Notes under the pieces: model-generated | Told to the model about the DNA's origin: nothing | The model's database searches: none | The model's input: the letters and a program-made list of their open reading frames with translations, nothing else | Shown: in pieces, positions 1 through 11,460 of the stretch | Position numbering within the stretch: the stretch's first letter is position 1 | Layout of the letters: each line of letters starts with the position of its first letter | Assembly: GCF_001194135.2 (NCBI RefSeq) | Contig: NC_068982.1 | Location: 10,491,715-10,551,445, forward strand | DNA from: Octopus bimaculoides | Lineage: Eukaryota | DNA: 59,731 nt | Direction: 5' to 3' | Translations under genes and position numbers: made by a program

Positions 1-67
1 TATATATATATATATATATATATATAGCGCGCGCGGGAGAGAGAGAGAGACAGAGAGAGAGACAGAG

Positions 68-123
<56 letters not shown>

Positions 124-130
124 TGTGTGT
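1..130. repeat. Compound microsatellite (TA)n-(GA)n-(GT)n
   Basis: Directly visible dinucleotide runs. Confidence 0.97.
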
Positions 131-1298
131 GATGTAAATAAAAATTTATACATTAAAGTATGACATATGTTGCATCAGGAAACGTTATATTTGCTACTAT
201 AATGCAGGTGTTATTTTAGAGTGTTATGGACATTTCAGACTGGAATTCGGTTTTCAGTTTAGAGCAATAATTGTATTTGTCACAATTTTATAGAATGCTG
301 TTTATAGCAATATTTACATTATTTCTGAAAATGGTAGCAAATGTAGTTTACTATAACATCTTCAAAACACAGAACATATTCAAATTTACATCATCTATTA
401 ACAACAATTCACCAAATTTGATATAGGTTGATGGATATATCAAGTCGATAATTCAGTATTTTGAGATATGCAGAAGGGAAAGGTCTCTTACACTAACAAG
501 TTTTGAGTATACTTCAGGAGGTGAGATTTCGTGATAGTGGGTAGTAAGATTAAATTATTCTTGTTCCTTGATATACTCCGTAACCAGTATATTGCTACTA
601 ATGAATATTTAAAGGCCCTCGCAAATATATTCCAGTTGTATAAAATGAAAGGATAAACAGAGACAATAAAGAGTTCACATTTCTTTTTTGAAAATGAAGC
701 GTAGCGTCGTTTGACTCGAGGTTAAACACGTTGTTGTTTCAACTTTTGCAGCTAATGATAATTTGTGAAATGAGGGATACGATATCATTGTATTCTTTCC
801 CTGGTTCTTCTTTTCTCATTTGCCTTTCGTGTATTTCTTTCTTCGCGTTTCATTTGCTAATCTGCCTGCAAGTCTTCTTTGCTTGAAATAATTAATTTTT
901 TCTCTTCTCTTGTTGTTAATTTTCAATGATAATCTTGCGCAGTTCGTTGTCTTAGAAGACCAATTCTTTCAAAAAGCGTTTGCACATTATTCTCATCAGT
1001 TACACTTGTGAGCATCTTTCTAATATTTTTCTCTCTAATTTTCAGTTTCATCTTCAAATCAAGTTGTTGATATACATCTTGTTCGTCTTCTGCCTCTCCT
1101 TTTTCTTCATTATCAGATATCTCTAATCTTCTTCATTACCACATATCTTTAATCTTCTTCATTATCTTCTGCTGTGTTTTCATCTTCTTGTTTTTGTATC
1201 GGAACCCTCTCAGAGGGAATGAGATAATGCATTGTGAATTCAAACTATATATAGCGGTCGGTTACGCGGTATACACTTAAAAGCTGCAGAGACAAGAC

Positions 1299-1379
<81 letters not shown>

Positions 1380-1394
1380 CAGATACATACATAC
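1299..1394. repeat. (GATA)n tetranucleotide microsatellite
   Basis: Directly visible. Confidence 0.97.
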
Positions 1395-2032
1395 GTGTGT
1401 CTTTTTTTAATTATGCAACATTCATCGTCAAATTATCTTTGAAAAAATGGTTTAGACAGATAAAAAAGTTTCAGATAAAATAATTTGTAGAATTAGAAAA
1501 ACAAAACACTAGCATTGACAACACATCATTTACACTTTTGAGAAGTGCATTTCTTCTCACCGATTGTGTGTTATGATAGCCGAATCTCACTTGATCCTCT
1601 TCTGTTGACGATGCGTATTTCCTCAATATTGCTAATATCCTCAACGGATATTACCTAGTTGACTTTAGTCTAAACGTTTCCTTTCAGCAGCTTGACTTGT
1701 TTCAGCTCCAGAATTCATCGATAATATTGATATAACTACAATGCATTCAGCCGAGCAAGTAAGTAAATTTGAAACAACTGCCTCTCAGTACGTATACGTA
1801 ATGTGAAAGGAAAAGTGGTTCTATCTGTTAATATACAGATTCATAATTTTTTTTTTTTACGCAGATAACAAAATATTCTTTAAAGTGCTCTAATTTGGCT
1901 TTTGAAAATAGGTGCTTGACAGAAATCTAAGTCATCTTTCAACTGTAGTCGGTCTTGGTACTCATTCAACTAAATGAAACCGTGCAATATATGTCTTAGG
2001 AGATATGATAATAATAATAATAATAATAATAA

Positions 2033-2846
2033 GTATTTAAGGAAGCTGACAAATACAAACAAGAATTCATACTACCTAACAAATACGAAGACGAAGAAGA
2101 AGAAACAACAAAAGCTATAAAACAAATGAAATCCAAACTAAAACTAGAACAGCAACGGACCATGATAAAACGATGGCAAGAAAAGCCCCTACGTGGTAAA
2201 TACTGGGCTAAACTAAATGCAAAAGAAATAGACAGAGAAAAATCCCAGCAATGGTCGAGAAGCTCAGGACTCAAAGCANNNNNNNNNNACAGAGCTGGGA
2301 CCTATATACAATGGAAGCTATGCCAACACTATGGAATAACAACAGAAAACAGATGGTATAAACACACGCCAGAAAAGGTCACAGAAAACGAGAAAGCAAC
2401 CATACTCTGGGATATGCCAATACACACAGATAGAGAAATTAAGGCCAATAGACCAGATATAGTTGTCAAAGATCATGAAGAAAAAAAAAGGCTTTCTAAT
2501 TGATGTATCAATACCAGCAGATGACATTGTTTCCCTAAAAGAAATGGAAAAACTTTCAAAATACAAAGACCTGGAAATAGTAGGTCCCTTAGGTATAATT
2601 AAAAAATATTCATGCAAATACATAACAAAAACACCAGGACTTACAAATATATATAACATACAGAAAATTGCACTACTGGGCACTGCACACATTCTACGCA
2701 AAACACTTTCAATACAGTAACCATAAGAGCATCACAGCAAACCACAGCACATACCCAAGACACACAGAGCTGCGCTCGGTAGTGAAGTGAAAGCACGTTA
2801 TAAAAATAAAACTACTGAACAATAATAATAATAATAATAATAATAA
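2033..2846 (+). mobile_element. 5'-truncated R4/Dong-like non-LTR retrotransposon (RLE domain, 3'UTR, (AAT)n tail); family A
   Basis: ORFs 2126-2503 and 2463-2720 give WQEKPLRGKYW...KLCQHYGI..RWYKHTPEKVTENEKATILWDMPIHTDREIKANRPDIVVKD/FLIDVSIP..KEMEKLSKYKDLEI..QKIALLGTAHILRKTL*, the PD-(D/E)xK RLE C-terminus typical of R4-clade LINEs. Flanked by (AAT)n at 2008-2032 and 2821-2846. Confidence 0.9.
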
Positions 2847-3522
2847 ATGCCCGGATGCAGTACTAAATGCCCGGATGCAGTACTAATGCCCGGATGCAGT
2901 AATTAAATGCCCGGTTGCAGTACCAGGCAGTGGCTCTCCTGGCTTCTGGTCTTAACTGATTGGAAGTGTTATCATGTACGTTGTTTCGTCTTGGTATAAA
3001 AGATGGGCTACAGCAAATATTCTGTTTAATATTACAGATTTGCTTGTCAGTTGTTTGACCTTAACCAGTTGAGCATGTCCCTTAGTGGCTGACGTCATGT
3101 GCATCTCTGATCACGAGCAGAAGTAGTGGGGGAGCATCATAACCATGTGTTGAGAGGAATTCTTTGGGGTTTGAATAATTCACCTTTGGAAACGGGTGTT
3201 TTGCTCAACATCTTTAAACAAACCTTATTCAGGTACCTTTTGAGCAGGATGGGCTACTCGACCTGAAAAAAATTCTAACTGGGCCCCACCTGCGAGGTTA
3301 TGCGCTGTTTATCTTGATATGATAACTATGTCGCACACATATGGTTGTGATGTATGTGCCTGGTGTACCCTTATCAGACGGGTAGTCACGATGGGTATAA
3401 TGCGCTTCGTATATTTTACCCCAGTGTCACTTTGATGGCATGCACTGCACTCTCACACAATAATANNNNNNNNNNACCCCAGTGTCACTTTGATGGCATG
3501 CACTGCACTCTCACACAATAAT
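2844..3522 (+). mobile_element. Unclassified ~0.6 kb non-coding interspersed repeat bounded by (AAT)n (family B), near full length; orientation nominal
   Basis: Homologous copies at 22741-23215, 23551-23635 (minus) and 24101-24240. Four tandem ~20-nt units (TAAATGCCCGGATGCAGTAC) at the left end. Confidence 0.8.
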
Positions 3523-3596
<74 letters not shown>

Positions 3597-3609
3597 TAAT
3601 AATAATAAT
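3518..3609. repeat. (AAT)n microsatellite
   Basis: Directly visible. Confidence 0.97.
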
Positions 3610-4268
3610 GTCTATGGCTTGCTTTGACTTTAAGAAAGCATATATGATGCCTCATTCTTGGATCGTTGAATGCCTGCAAATGTTTGGTGTTGCTGACATC
3701 ACAAATTTTCTGATGCATAGCATGAAAGAGGGGAAAACTAAATTGCACTCAAGTAATGTATTCCTTCGAGAAGTTAATATTAAAATGGGAATCTTTCCGG
3801 GTGACTCATTTTCTGTTACTTTTTGTAATTGCACTAATACCCCTAACAATGACACTGAAGAAAGTTAAGATGGGTTACTGATGTGGGAAGAAAAGCCCAT
3901 CATTAAACCATGTGCAGTTTGTTGATGACCTGAAATTGTTTTGGAAATCTGAAAAACGGATAGATTCCTTAACTAAAACAGTCCAGAGTGTGGTAGGGAC
4001 ATCGGTATGGATTTTGGGATTACCAAATGCTCAGTACTTAATATGAAATGAGGGAAGAAAGCATCCCGCAGAGGCTTTCGGTTAACATCAAGAGAGATCA
4101 TGGGTGATCTCGATGGTAGCGGGTATATATATTTAGGGATTTTGGAGCTGGATGACATTCTACAGAAACAAATGAAAGTCAAGGTCAGCGAGGCGTATCA
4201 AAAGAAGGGTGAAGATGGTGTTGAAATCCAGCTTGAATGCCAAAATTTGATTATGCAATGAATATCTG
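3610..4268 (+). mobile_element. Degenerate R4/Dong-like reverse transcriptase fragment
   Basis: Frameshifted translation: SMACFDFKKAY.M.PHSWIVECLQMFG...VNIKMGIFPGDSFS/LLFVIALIPL...QFVDDLKLF...DIGMDFGITKCSVL...YIYLGILE (RT motifs including FxDD and YLG). Confidence 0.88.
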
Positions 4269-4626
4269 CATTTACACCCATATCTTTCGCGGCATATTTC
4301 AGCAGGTCTTCATCACTATTTATCAAATACTCGACAAGCGTTCTCCTTTCACTCCTTATACAATGGTCTATACTAATTAGTACTCTGCCACCATTCTTTC
4401 TTTTCAAATACAGTCTCTTTACGTTTGCTTTAGGGTGTATCGCTCCATGCAACGTCATCAACTTTCTCGTCCTTCTATCCAGTGTTGATATTTCCTCTTT
4501 GGTACATTTGAGAATGGACGCACTATATCTAACCACCGCAACTGCCCAGATATTCATTGCCGTAATCAAATGGTTGGCACTCAGGTTGGATTTCAACACC
4601 ATCTTCACCCTTTTCTGATACGCCTC
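4269..4626 (-). mobile_element. R4/Dong-like LINE thumb/post-RT fragment, inverted relative to the adjacent RT fragment
   Basis: ORF 4198-4608(-): KMVLKSNLSANHLITAMNIWAVAVVRYS..LDRRTRKLMTLHGAIHPKANVKRLYLKRKNGGRVLISI. Confidence 0.88.
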
Positions 4627-5664
4627 AATGTGTAAATATCATTTGAAATATCGGTAACTTTTTCTTGAGGTATTTAGATGTTGGTGAGCAAATAAATACA
4701 GAATATTTTGAATGGGATTGTTGTAAGACAAAAACGCTATCAATAAATAACAGAATGCTATTTTCAAAAATTCAGTCTAACTAAATTTCGAATTTTTCGC
4801 AATAGCTTTTACTTTCGTTAATCTTCTAAGAGAGACATTAGAAAGTAAATGACGTGCTTGAATTATATGTTAACCGAGGACAATACGTTGAAGACTACAC
4901 CGAAATAATCAATATTATTTGCATCAAAGTACACGTTTACTTCTAGAAATTCAATTTAAAATATGCCGAAAGCATCTGCTTCAAAAGTAAAAATTGAAAA
5001 GCGACGAAGAAAATATTCGGCATGCATAAGACTTCTCAGTTATATTTTACAATGAAACTATATAAAATATAAATAACCGACACATCATTTTCACTTGTTT
5101 TCATGGCGAGAAATATTTCAAGAGCATGAAAAGAATATAAGACATACGTGTTTTACGAACATATCCTCGCTTTAACCACCATCATTATAATCACCAATGT
5201 TAATATCAAACTTAAATTAATCGTCATATTTTTAGTAGAATTATGTACAACCATACATCATTACATTATGTGGTGTAACATTCTACCACTGCAGCATAAT
5301 TTTTTTGAAATCTTTTTATTAATAACAGCTATTAATATACACACGTCATTCAAATATATTTATTTATATTTGTTTGCGGTTTTCAGTAATAAAAAGAAAT
5401 ATGAATTTACTGTCACTTACAAGGAACAATTTCAATGCTCACGCCAGACTCTGCGGCTGGAAATTTTTATTTTCGTCTTATTGGCAGAATAGTATTTTCT
5501 TGTCACTGTAAAGACCCACCTGTGAGTGGCAGTCTTCACTGCAGTGACTAAACCTGAAGACGCTCTCCGCTAATCTTATCCTGGTACTGAATTTTCATCG
5601 AAAATGCTCTTCTTCATCATCATTTCCCTTCGTCTTTTAAAAGTCTTGTCCAGTTCCCGTCTCC

Positions 5665-5770
5665 AATAAAAGGTAAAGTCGACCTCGGTGGAATTTGAAC
5701 TCAGAACGTAAAGACAGACGAGATATCACTAAGCATTTCGCCAACGTTTCTACCAGCTTGCCACCTTAGT
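5665..5770 (-). mobile_element. tRNA-derived SINE family 1, 5' fragment
   Basis: Reverse complement contains GTTCTGAGTTCAAATTCCACCGAGGTCGACTTTACCTTT, matching the other family-1 copies. Confidence 0.85.
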
Positions 5771-5984
5771 TAAAAAAAAAGGATATTAAAATATTAATCT
5801 TGAACGAATGTTAACTTTGTTGAGTCTGGTGCGTTAATAAATTCATCAAATGAAGAATGCAAGTGAGGGTCACATGTCTTCTAATTTGAATTCAATTTCA
5901 AGATTTTTTGCTAAATTCACTCTTCTCTCTTCGAAAACCAGATGTCTTTCAGATTTTAGCATTTAATTAATTACTTTACTTGAT

Positions 5985-6480
5985 TCGTCCACTGTTGTTG
6001 ACGATGACCAAGGACATCACATGGGAGAAGTCGCTGTGTCTGGCTTTGGTCACTCAGTCCGATACGTGCTCGAAAGGATCTGCCGCAGGTTGGGAACTGA
6101 AAGCTTAGGATTTGCGTTGCTCATATTTGCATAGTGCTCCAGTAATCCTGTTTAGCTCGTTTGAAGTTGCACCATCGTTGGTGTAGGTGGTCTTGTGCTT
6201 GCGCCTATTTTTTATCCACCTAGTGTACAATTGTCCTCCACTCGTTCTCTGTCGCGTGCCTGGCTTTCGGACAAGGTAGCCTACACAATTCACTTGTATC
6301 CTCCTCAGCAGTGTGTAAAAATGTGGTAGTTGAGCACGAAACAGGATCCACGTATCTGGACCTTATATTGCCCGGTAATTTCAATAGCTTTCTAAGGCAG
6401 TTCATGTAGAAGCGGTTTCACTTTTCTGCATGGCATTCATAAACCAGCTAAGTTTCGCAGGAGTACAATAGTATAGGCAG
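5985..6480 (-). mobile_element. RTE/BovB-like LINE 3' fragment (degenerate)
   Basis: Minus-strand remnants PILLYSCET..FYMNCLRKLLK..PTCGRSFRARIGL, followed by a short RTE-type 3'UTR. Confidence 0.8.
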
Positions 6481-7289
6481 TACAACCGCTAGGTAGAACT
6501 TCAACTTCAGCTTGTAGTATTTAAATAATTTAAAAATCATAAAAGTATTTTTATTTCACTCATTCTAAGGGACGGTATTCTAAATGGTAGCTAACCAGCG
6601 CACATTACCACAACCACAACCACAACCACAATGCACAATACAAATATTCAATATCTTTTGGACATTTGTGCTATTCTGAGTAAGTTATAAAATTAATTAG
6701 ACATAATTATAAATATTTCTGATTTCTAAATGTAAAGGAATGTTTACATTGCATTGAATCAATCAATTCAGAGATATAAATGAAAACATTAAAATTAGAT
6801 ACAGGCAGATTTTCAGAATTATTTAGCAATAACTTTGAATGGAAACTGCATTTGAAATTGGAATAATTGTGTAATTTAATAAATATGTTTATTGTTTGTG
6901 AAATAATATGATATTTGATGATACATTTGACCGACATTTATGGCCGCAATGAAAAGATATTATTGTAGAATATAATTACACACACATACACACACGCACA
7001 TACTCATATGCATACATATACACATTCACACACGCGCATATGAATTATTAGTGTGTCTACCTCGTGATTAGAAACTACAAATGGCATGCCCAGAAAATTA
7101 AAGTTGTTATTTGCCATCAAACACAGAATGTTATATAACATTTAATCTAAAAAATAGGAACTAATCAGTCCTCAAGCCACCAGCAGATTGCACCAATTGT
7201 CCTGCTTAGAACAAAAACATGAATAAATAGTTCCACCTTGTAGAGAAGAATATAGTCAAATGACCTGAATTTACGATTTACTACTAACT

Positions 7290-7860
7290 ACCAGGTAAAA
7301 AGGTTTACAAAACAAAATATAAACGATATCTTCAAACTCTACAGGATACATTGTCCGAGGTTTTACCTATGTTACCATTCCTTCCTCAAAGTTGAACCCT
7401 TGATCTCATCTTGGTGGAAAGGTTAAATGAGTGAGTGTCAGAGCTATAGTTTCGGGGATTTCGAGGCCCTGGTATGATAGGTCTGACACTAGTGGCGCTA
7501 GGACCGCAAGGTGGACAAGTCTAACAAGTTTAATATCGGCAGTACTAGGGCCGCAATCCGGCTAACTGAAGGGCAATGGTGAATTCTAGGCAGTGTCTGT
7601 TCCGGAATTCGGTGGCTTCTAGTAGCGCTAGATTGCATCTGCAAGCATCCTGCTGCGAGAAGCCGTAATACCAGGACGACCTTCCACCGGTCGTGTATGC
7701 TGGTTTACGAATACAGACGGTAGTTGTCTTCGCGGACTCTAATCATCTCTTGAGATTCCTATGAAATGACAACGGAACAACAGCGGTGAACCCAATGGGA
7801 CTTCACTCCTCCCGGGTGAATGCTGTACAAGACAAGAAGAAGATTATGTTACCATCTACT
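7290..7860. other. GC-richer island, probably a decayed retroelement (possibly L1/Tx1-derived); unclassified
   Basis: Abrupt rise in GC and CpG over AT-rich flanks; no intact ORF. Confidence 0.3.
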
Positions 7861-8036
7861 GCATATATTGTATAATAAATAATAATTTATAATGTACAGA
7901 GTGTTTGGGCTAAATTTGACCATTTCTCATATGGTCAGACCGTGCGGCAAATGTACGCTATGAAGTAATATCTACTGATTTACAGACAAGAAAGGAAAGC
8001 GTTCTGGTCACCTCACAGTTGCCTCTTTTCATATCG

Positions 8037-8075
8037 AGTGCTGAAGAGAACGAACAATTTCGAAACGCATCCATT
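8037..8075 (+). ncRNA. Degenerate minimal hammerhead ribozyme (PLE type)
   Basis: AGTG-CTGAAGA-GAA(CGAACAAT)TTC-GAAA-CGCA-TC-CATT. Core intact; stem I 4 bp including one G.U; stem II only 3 bp; stem III CGCA instead of CGCG. Confidence 0.45.
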
Positions 8076-8293
8076 AGGCCAATGAAAGGCACTGAGTTGA
8101 TTGTGGAGTTTTACCGACTCCCCCACTTTACATGGCTTGTCAGAGCTTGAAACAGGTAGTACTGGTCTCCTGGTACCAGTAGCAGGTTATTCCTGACCTA
8201 GACCTTGTGCATCTACTCATGTATATATGTGCGTCTGGGTGTATGTGAGTGCGTGCTTGAGTGTATGTGTGTGTGTGCTTGTGCGTGTGCATA

Positions 8294-8307
8294 CAGAGAT
8301 AGATAGT

Positions 8308-8352
<45 letters not shown>
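8294..8352. repeat. (GATA)n microsatellite
   Basis: Directly visible. Confidence 0.95.
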
Positions 8353-8355
<3 letters not shown>

Positions 8356-10173
8356 GACAAACAGAGACAAAGGCAGGGAACAAAGGCAACGAGAGAAAAT
8401 AGTGGAATAGCGAATTCGTTCGATCGTCAAGCGTCAAATAGAATGCTTTGAGATATGTGTTATGGCTCACTGCTCTCTAAACTTCAACTTGGTGATTTCA
8501 ACTTAGCATTTGAACCTCTCTGTTTCCCCATCTGAAACATTCAGGACAACTTTGATGATGTTTGGTAGTATTTTCTTTTTTTTTTCTTCTTTTTTTTTTC
8601 ACACGACCTGATGTGCGTCGAAAAAGATTAGCGGAGGTGCAATGCATGTGTATATTTGTGCGTGAGTGTGTTGTGCGTGCGTGCTTGTCTGTGCCTAATG
8701 GAAAGTGAGTAACAGAAAGAAGAAACCAAGGATGAGAAAATATTTAGAATGATATAACACCATCAAATTCTAGATAACAGAAAAAATTCTTCATGTTTAC
8801 AAAAATTAAATTATTATTGAATTTAGATTTTCTATAATTAGGTTTTATATTTATTTATAACTGAAATTATTAATCGATGCTTCTGGTATAGTTTTCTTGA
8901 ATTTTTAAATGATTTTATTCTCGCTTCCATCGGTTTTTTTTTCTCGCATGAATTCAAGATCTACTTTTTATTCTTCCTTCGAAATATTTCGAAATAAATC
9001 TTCCGTGTGGTTTTCTTACATTCTGTGTTTGTATTTGGTTAATGTCAAGTTTGTCAAATCCAAAACAATTTTTCGAATTAATGATCTTAACGAAAAGCGT
9101 CAATAAAAATAATGCAGCTCACAAAATATTTTATTAGAAAATGAATGTTTGTCTAGATACGTATCTGTTGTAATATCATCATGCAGTGGCCTTCTTAATG
9201 CAGTCTCAGACAATGTCAGCACTATGATCATTGAGTCAACTTTAGGTGCATAAAATTTCCTGTTAATTATTTTGTTTATTTGACTCAGAAATTAAGGATG
9301 AATGTCTGAAATATGGAAAAATCCTGAACCAGTAACCGAGGTATTGCTCTGGAAAAAATTCCGTTTAATGTTTTCTAACATTTAAGAATGTTTACTCACT
9401 AACTTGAATTTTCCGGAACACATTCTTCAATAAATTTCAATTGTTTATAGAAGCGCTTTAATGGTAGCTAAATGTTTATTAAACCGCATGTAATTTTGAT
9501 ACAAATGTAATTTCAGAGAGCATTTCGAACTCCTAATCTTATCTGTTGCATCTATGATAACTTACCTTCTCAAAGTTGGTTGTATCTATTTATCTACCTA
9601 TCTATATATACATAGACAGATAGACAGAGAAGGTGTGAGAGATCTTCGAATCGTAGCACTACGAATTTTTGCCACTACGAACTATGTCAGAGGTGCTCAT
9701 TCGAGTAAACTGAAAAGTATCTTCACTGCGAAAATCTTGGCAACTGTAATACCAACAGTTAGTTGACCACGCAGCAGGCCACTCCCGTCCAGGCCACCAA
9801 AATGTTCAGGAGTAGAAGGTCAGATAGAAATGGCATCATATTCGTTAGAGAACCGGCTACAATGCAGCCGAGGATTTTGTTGCATTGCGTTAAAGAATCT
9901 AGCTTCTCATTAGCATCGATTAACTGGAGCTAAGTATATGACTGGCACTCTTATTATATTTCATTTACTCTTATGTTTGAAATACAAAATCAATCTCATT
10001 GCGATTGAAGAAATCAGGAAATGAACTTCGTCCGATGCTCCTACAATTGTCATCGTCTTCTCTCCTCCTCCTCAGATTCACAAAAAATACGCACGCACGC
10101 GCACACACACTACACAGACATAAATGTATGTTATGTATATAGGCGCATGCTTGATCTGATATATTATGCTGTA

Positions 10174-10589
10174 AAATCGTTAGTGCGCCGGGCGAAATGC
10201 TTAACGGTATTTCGTCTGCCGTTACTTTCTGAGTTCAAATTCCGCCAAATTCCGACTTTGCCTTTCATCATTTCGGGGTCGATAAAATTAAGTACCAGTT
10301 ACGCACTGGGGTCGATGTTATCGACTTAATCCTTTTGTCTGTCCTTGTTTGTCCCCTCTATGTTTAGCCCCTTGTGGGTAATAAAGAAATAAGAAACGTT
10401 AGCACACCGGACGAAATGCTTAGCGGTATTTCGTCTGCCGTTATGTTCTGAGTTCAAATTCCGCCGAGGTCAACTTTGCCTTTCATCCTTTCGAGATCGA
10501 TAAATTAAGTACCAGGTGCGTACTGGGTCGATCTAATCGACTGGCCCCCTCCCCCAAAATTTTGAGCTGTGTGCCTAAAGTAGAAAGGA
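10174..10589 (+). mobile_element. Head-to-tail dimer of tRNA-derived SINE family 1 with 15-bp TSD
   Basis: Two monomers (about 10174-10392 and 10393-10589), each with a B-box-like GAGTTCAAATTCC and core GCCTTTCATC..CGATAAA(A)TTAAGTACCAG. ATATATTATGCTGTA occurs at 10159-10173 and 10590-10604. Confidence 0.9.
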
Positions 10590-10749
10590 ATATATTATGC
10601 TGTAGAAAATTTTTTGTACAAAAGATTTTGTTTACTCTTTGCTGAGAAATTGAAACATTAACTAATGCTTGGTAAGCATTGAATATATCCAAAATTCTAA
10701 TATAATTAAACTCAATGCTAATCTGGAGTTATGTTTGCTTCAGCTTATT

Positions 10750-11366
10750 GTAAAACATCGAGCAAAGAATATAAGCAGCGATCGCGAGAGACACCACGAA
10801 GAAATAATCAAGCTCAATAACAATCTGTTACGCAACAACTACCACAAAAGCATACTGTCCACTCCAATTATGAAGAAAAGAGAGGATGAAACCAATAAAC
10901 TGTCCACAGTCTGTCTACGATATGTGAAAGGCCTCTCCGAAAAGATACAAAACATATCCGGCCCATACTATCAGGACAGTATTCAAGAGCAATACAAGAC
11001 TTCGCAAATATCTCCTTCGAGTAAAACCACCAATAGAAGGGAATGTAACCAAAAACTGCCAGTTCTCCATGCCATGCAGCTGTGGTAGGTTATACAAAGG
11101 CGAAATATGCCGCCCCCTCAAAGCTGTGACACGAGACGGATATTGATAAATCGGGTATAGCTGATCGTGTATGGAAAGATGGAGACCACCTTCCCCTGTG
11201 GGATGAAGTTAAGATAATAGACAGAGAACACCACTGGAAAATACGAAGACTAAACGAAGCAGCGCATATGCTAGGACACAACAACCTCTTAAGCAGACCG
11301 AGTGCAAATATGAGTAGCATGCGGGAACAGGTATTAAGGAAAGATAGGAAAATATTAGATTTATAA
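10750..11366 (+). mobile_element. Penelope-like element (Penelope/Poseidon type): RT-thumb/linker and GIY-YIG endonuclease pseudogene
   Basis: HRAKNISSD..LLRNNY..LRYVKGLSEKIQ../KNCQFSMPCSCGRLYKGEICRPLK(deletion of the R..EH segment)/DIDKSGIADRVWKDGDHLPLWDEVKIIDREHHWKIRRLNEAAHM...KILDL*; stop at 11364-11366. Confidence 0.88.
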
Positions 11367-11395
11367 GCCCTAAAATTTACTCCATAATTACCCAC

Positions 11396-11460
11396 GGGTA
11401 TATGGCGTAGTGGTTAAGAGCGCGGGCTACTAACCCCAAGATTCTGAGTTCGATTCCAGA
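11396..11460 (+). promoter_or_regulatory. tRNA-Arg-like Pol III type-2 promoter head (A box and B box); not a functional tRNA
   Basis: A box TGGCGTAGTGG at 11403-11413, B box GAGTTCGATTCC at 11446-11457. CTAC..AAGATTC resembles eukaryotic tRNA-Arg(ACG) from memory. Acceptor and anticodon stems are broken. Confidence 0.75.

Noticed and set aside
3418-3523. Exact ~48-bp direct repeat either side of a 10-N gap
   Set aside because: An identical repeat around a gap is typical of unmerged contig overlap; probably an assembly artefact.
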